From contig CAWHCF010000004.1 in NCBI GenBank assembly GCA_963827655.1, forward strand, positions 32,001 through 96,000: a stretch of 64,000 nucleotides of DNA. The letters run 5' to 3'. The notes under the pieces are model-generated. The model did not search any database, was not told the origin of the DNA, and saw only the letters and a list, made by a program, of their open reading frames with translations. Below, piece after piece: positions 62,074-64,000 of the stretch. The translations under genes were made by a program, and so were the position numbers. The first letter of the stretch is position 1, and each line of letters begins with the position of its first letter. This stretch comes from an uncultured Acidobacteriota bacterium. Its GTDB lineage: Bacteria > Acidobacteriota > UBA6911.

Positions 62074-63345
62074 GTGAAGAGATATTGGACTGCAAGTGTG
62101 ATGGCGATCGTTCTATGCGCATCGAGCGTGGGCAGAAGTCAGAATTGGCCGCAGTTCCGCGGACCGGGAAGCCTGGGTGTTTCCGGTGAGAAGGGGTTAC
62201 CCATTCGGTGGAGCTCCAGCGACAATGTTTCCTGGAAGACGCCTCTCCCAGGGCCGGGCCATTCATCTCCCATTGTATGGGGCGACCGGATTTTTCTCAC
62301 TGCCTTTCAGCCCACCATTACCTCCCGCCTGCTGTCCTACATATCCTCCTCGCGAGATGGCAAGCTACTGGCCCTATGTCTCGACCGCAAGGATGGCAAG
62401 ATCCTCTGGGAAAGGAGTGTGCCCGCAAAGGCGATCGAGCAGGTGCACAGCACCAACAGTCCGGCTACCCCGACACCCGTGACTGACGGACGGTATGTAT
62501 ATTTCTATTTTGGTTCCTACGGACTCCTCTGCTACGACTTCAGCGGCAACAAAGTGTGGGAGCATCCCCTGGGACCCTTTCCGAATGAGTGGGGGAGCGC
62601 AAGCTCCCCGGTACTGTACCAGAACATGCTGCTGCTGAATTGCGATACCGATGGTGAAGATTTCCTGCTCGCGCTTGACAAGAACACGGGAAAGCAGCTG
62701 TGGAAGACTTCTCGCAATGGCGCAACTCGCGCCTGGCCCACGCCATTCGTCTGGGAGACGGGGGAGCGGAACGAAATCGTGGTCAGCGGCAGCCGCCATG
62801 TTCGTTCGTATGATCCAGCGGATGGAAAGTTGATCTGGACCGTGGACGGTCTGACTCAATGGGTGACCCCTACGCCGGTCGCGGCACACGGTCTCCTTTT
62901 CGTCAGCGCTAACGGCCCTGGCGGAGCCATCATCATGGCGATCCGGCCCGGTGGGCGCGGTAACATCACCGGCAGTCACGTCGTCTGGCGCCATGACAGG
63001 GCGGCTCCTTACAGCACCTCGCCCGTTGTTCTGGGTGACTACCTCTACGCGGTCAAGGAGGGGGGAATCCTGATCTGCCTTTCAGCAAAGACGGGAGAAC
63101 TGGTCTATCAAAAGCGACTGCCTGCGACCGGAAGTTATTATGCGAGTCCGATCGCGTCGGAAGGAAAAATCTACACCCTCAGCGAGCGAGGTGAGACGTG
63201 CGTGGTGGAAGAGGGCTCCGAGTTCAAGGTCCTTGCAACCAATGAGGTCGGGGAGCGATGCATGGCCAGTCCCGCCGTGTCGCGCGGCCAGATCTTCATC
63301 CGTTCGGACAGCACGCTGTTCGGGATTGGCGCGCCCGGATTGTAA
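62074..63345 (+). CDS. PQQ-binding-like (BamB-like) beta-propeller protein
   Basis: Signal peptide; NWPQFRGP, WKTPLPGPGHSSPIVWG, TPVTDG, ASSPV, ASPA. Confidence 0.85.
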   Translation: MKRYWTASVMAIVLCASSVGRSQNWPQFRGPGSLGVSGEKGLPIRWSSSDNVSWKTPLPGPGHSSPIVWGDRIFLTAFQPTITSRLLSYISSSRDGKLLALCLDRKDGKILWERSVPAKAIEQVHSTNSPATPTPVTDGRYVYFYFGSYGLLCYDFSGNKVWEHPLGPFPNEWGSASSPVLYQNMLLLNCDTDGEDFLLALDKNTGKQLWKTSRNGATRAWPTPFVWETGERNEIVVSGSRHVRSYDPADGKLIWTVDGLTQWVTPTPVAAHGLLFVSANGPGGAIIMAIRPGGRGNITGSHVVWRHDRAAPYSTSPVVLGDYLYAVKEGGILICLSAKTGELVYQKRLPATGSYYASPIASEGKIYTLSERGETCVVEEGSEFKVLATNEVGERCMASPAVSRGQIFIRSDSTLFGIGAPGL

Positions 63346-63552
63346 TGCTCGATTAGAGGTTGTTGCTGTATGCTCGCGCCTGGCCGCCAAAGATCATGTG
63401 AAGTTAAAGCTAGTTATCGAGCAACCAATAACATGCGGATGATTACCACGACCTACTGATTCCCCTAATTTTTCTCGTTCTTTGACTCTTTTGTGGTAAA
63501 TATTCAGAAGAAACCAAAACGCGAAGACACGGAATAACGAGTCGACGGAGAC

Positions 63553-64000
63553 ATGAGCATGAAACGCCGCGAGCTTTTTCGCCGGACTATCCTGGGGGCA
63601 GCCGGATCGGCCTTAACCTCGGCGCTTCCCGGCAATGCGATTGAACACGAGCCTGCGGCCCGGCAGTTTCCGCGTGATCACGACGCATCCAAGGATCTGT
63701 CCCGCTCGGACTGGAAACCCGTCTTCCTGGACGCGCATCAGAATGAAACCCTGATTGTCCTGAGCGACCTCATCATTCCCAAGACGGATACCCCGGGCGC
63801 CAGAGAGGCTCTGGTGAATCGCTTCATCGACCGTTTGCTTGCGGCGGAAGGGCACGAGACCAGGCGGGCTTTCCTGGCAAGCCTGACCTACGTGGATGGG
63901 GAAAGCATGACGCGTTACGGCGCCGCTTTCGTTCACCTCCCGGCGGAGCGCCAGGTAGAATTGTTGAAGTTCATAGCCTATCCTCACAGCCTGGCTACCT
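63553..64000 (+). CDS. Gluconate 2-dehydrogenase subunit 3-family protein (Tat), truncated by the window end
   Basis: Not in the ORF track. GGAG RBS; manual translation gives MSMKRRELFRR...FLDAHQNETL..LSDLIIPKTDTPGAREA.V.RFID. Confidence 0.8.
   Translation, partial: MSMKRRELFRRTILGAAGSALTSALPGNAIEHEPAARQFPRDHDASKDLSRSDWKPVFLDAHQNETLIVLSDLIIPKTDTPGAREALVNRFIDRLLAAEGHETRRAFLASLTYVDGESMTRYGAAFVHLPAERQVELLKFIAYPHSLAT

Overview
GC-rich bacterial chromosome segment whose gene content resembles Acidobacteriota (Bryobacter/Solibacter-like): three TonB-dependent receptors with N-terminal carboxypeptidase-regulatory-like domains, a DUF1501 + PSD1/planctomycete-cytochrome pair and many Tat-type signal peptides. 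The taxonomy is inferred from gene content only. There are about 43 CDS, covering glycan and sugar-acid uptake and catabolism, two type II toxin-antitoxin modules, a BlaI/BlaR1-like sensor, a heme-protein cluster, transporters and housekeeping genes (proC, tadA, mpg). At least 11 genes carry 1-bp frameshifts, most likely long-read consensus errors. I saw no rRNA, tRNA or CRISPR array. The most unusual signal is in the intergenic DNA, where repeats are nested in one another. (i) Several families of 6-, 7- and 8-bp-period repeats occur as inverted arms. (ii) A non-autonomous TIR element (MITE) with TAA/TTA target duplication is inserted inside those repeats. (iii) A 1703-bp IS1182-family element with a 4-bp TSD sits exactly in the loop of one REP of a REP doublet. 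Notable protein-level candidates are an apparently exported PLP-lyase/mannonate-dehydratase/lactonase pathway next to a TonB receptor, an uncharacterised secreted three-gene module, a MauG-like/propeller/7-heme cluster with a perfectly palindromic divergent promoter region, and a ClpA/B-like protein with only one AAA domain.
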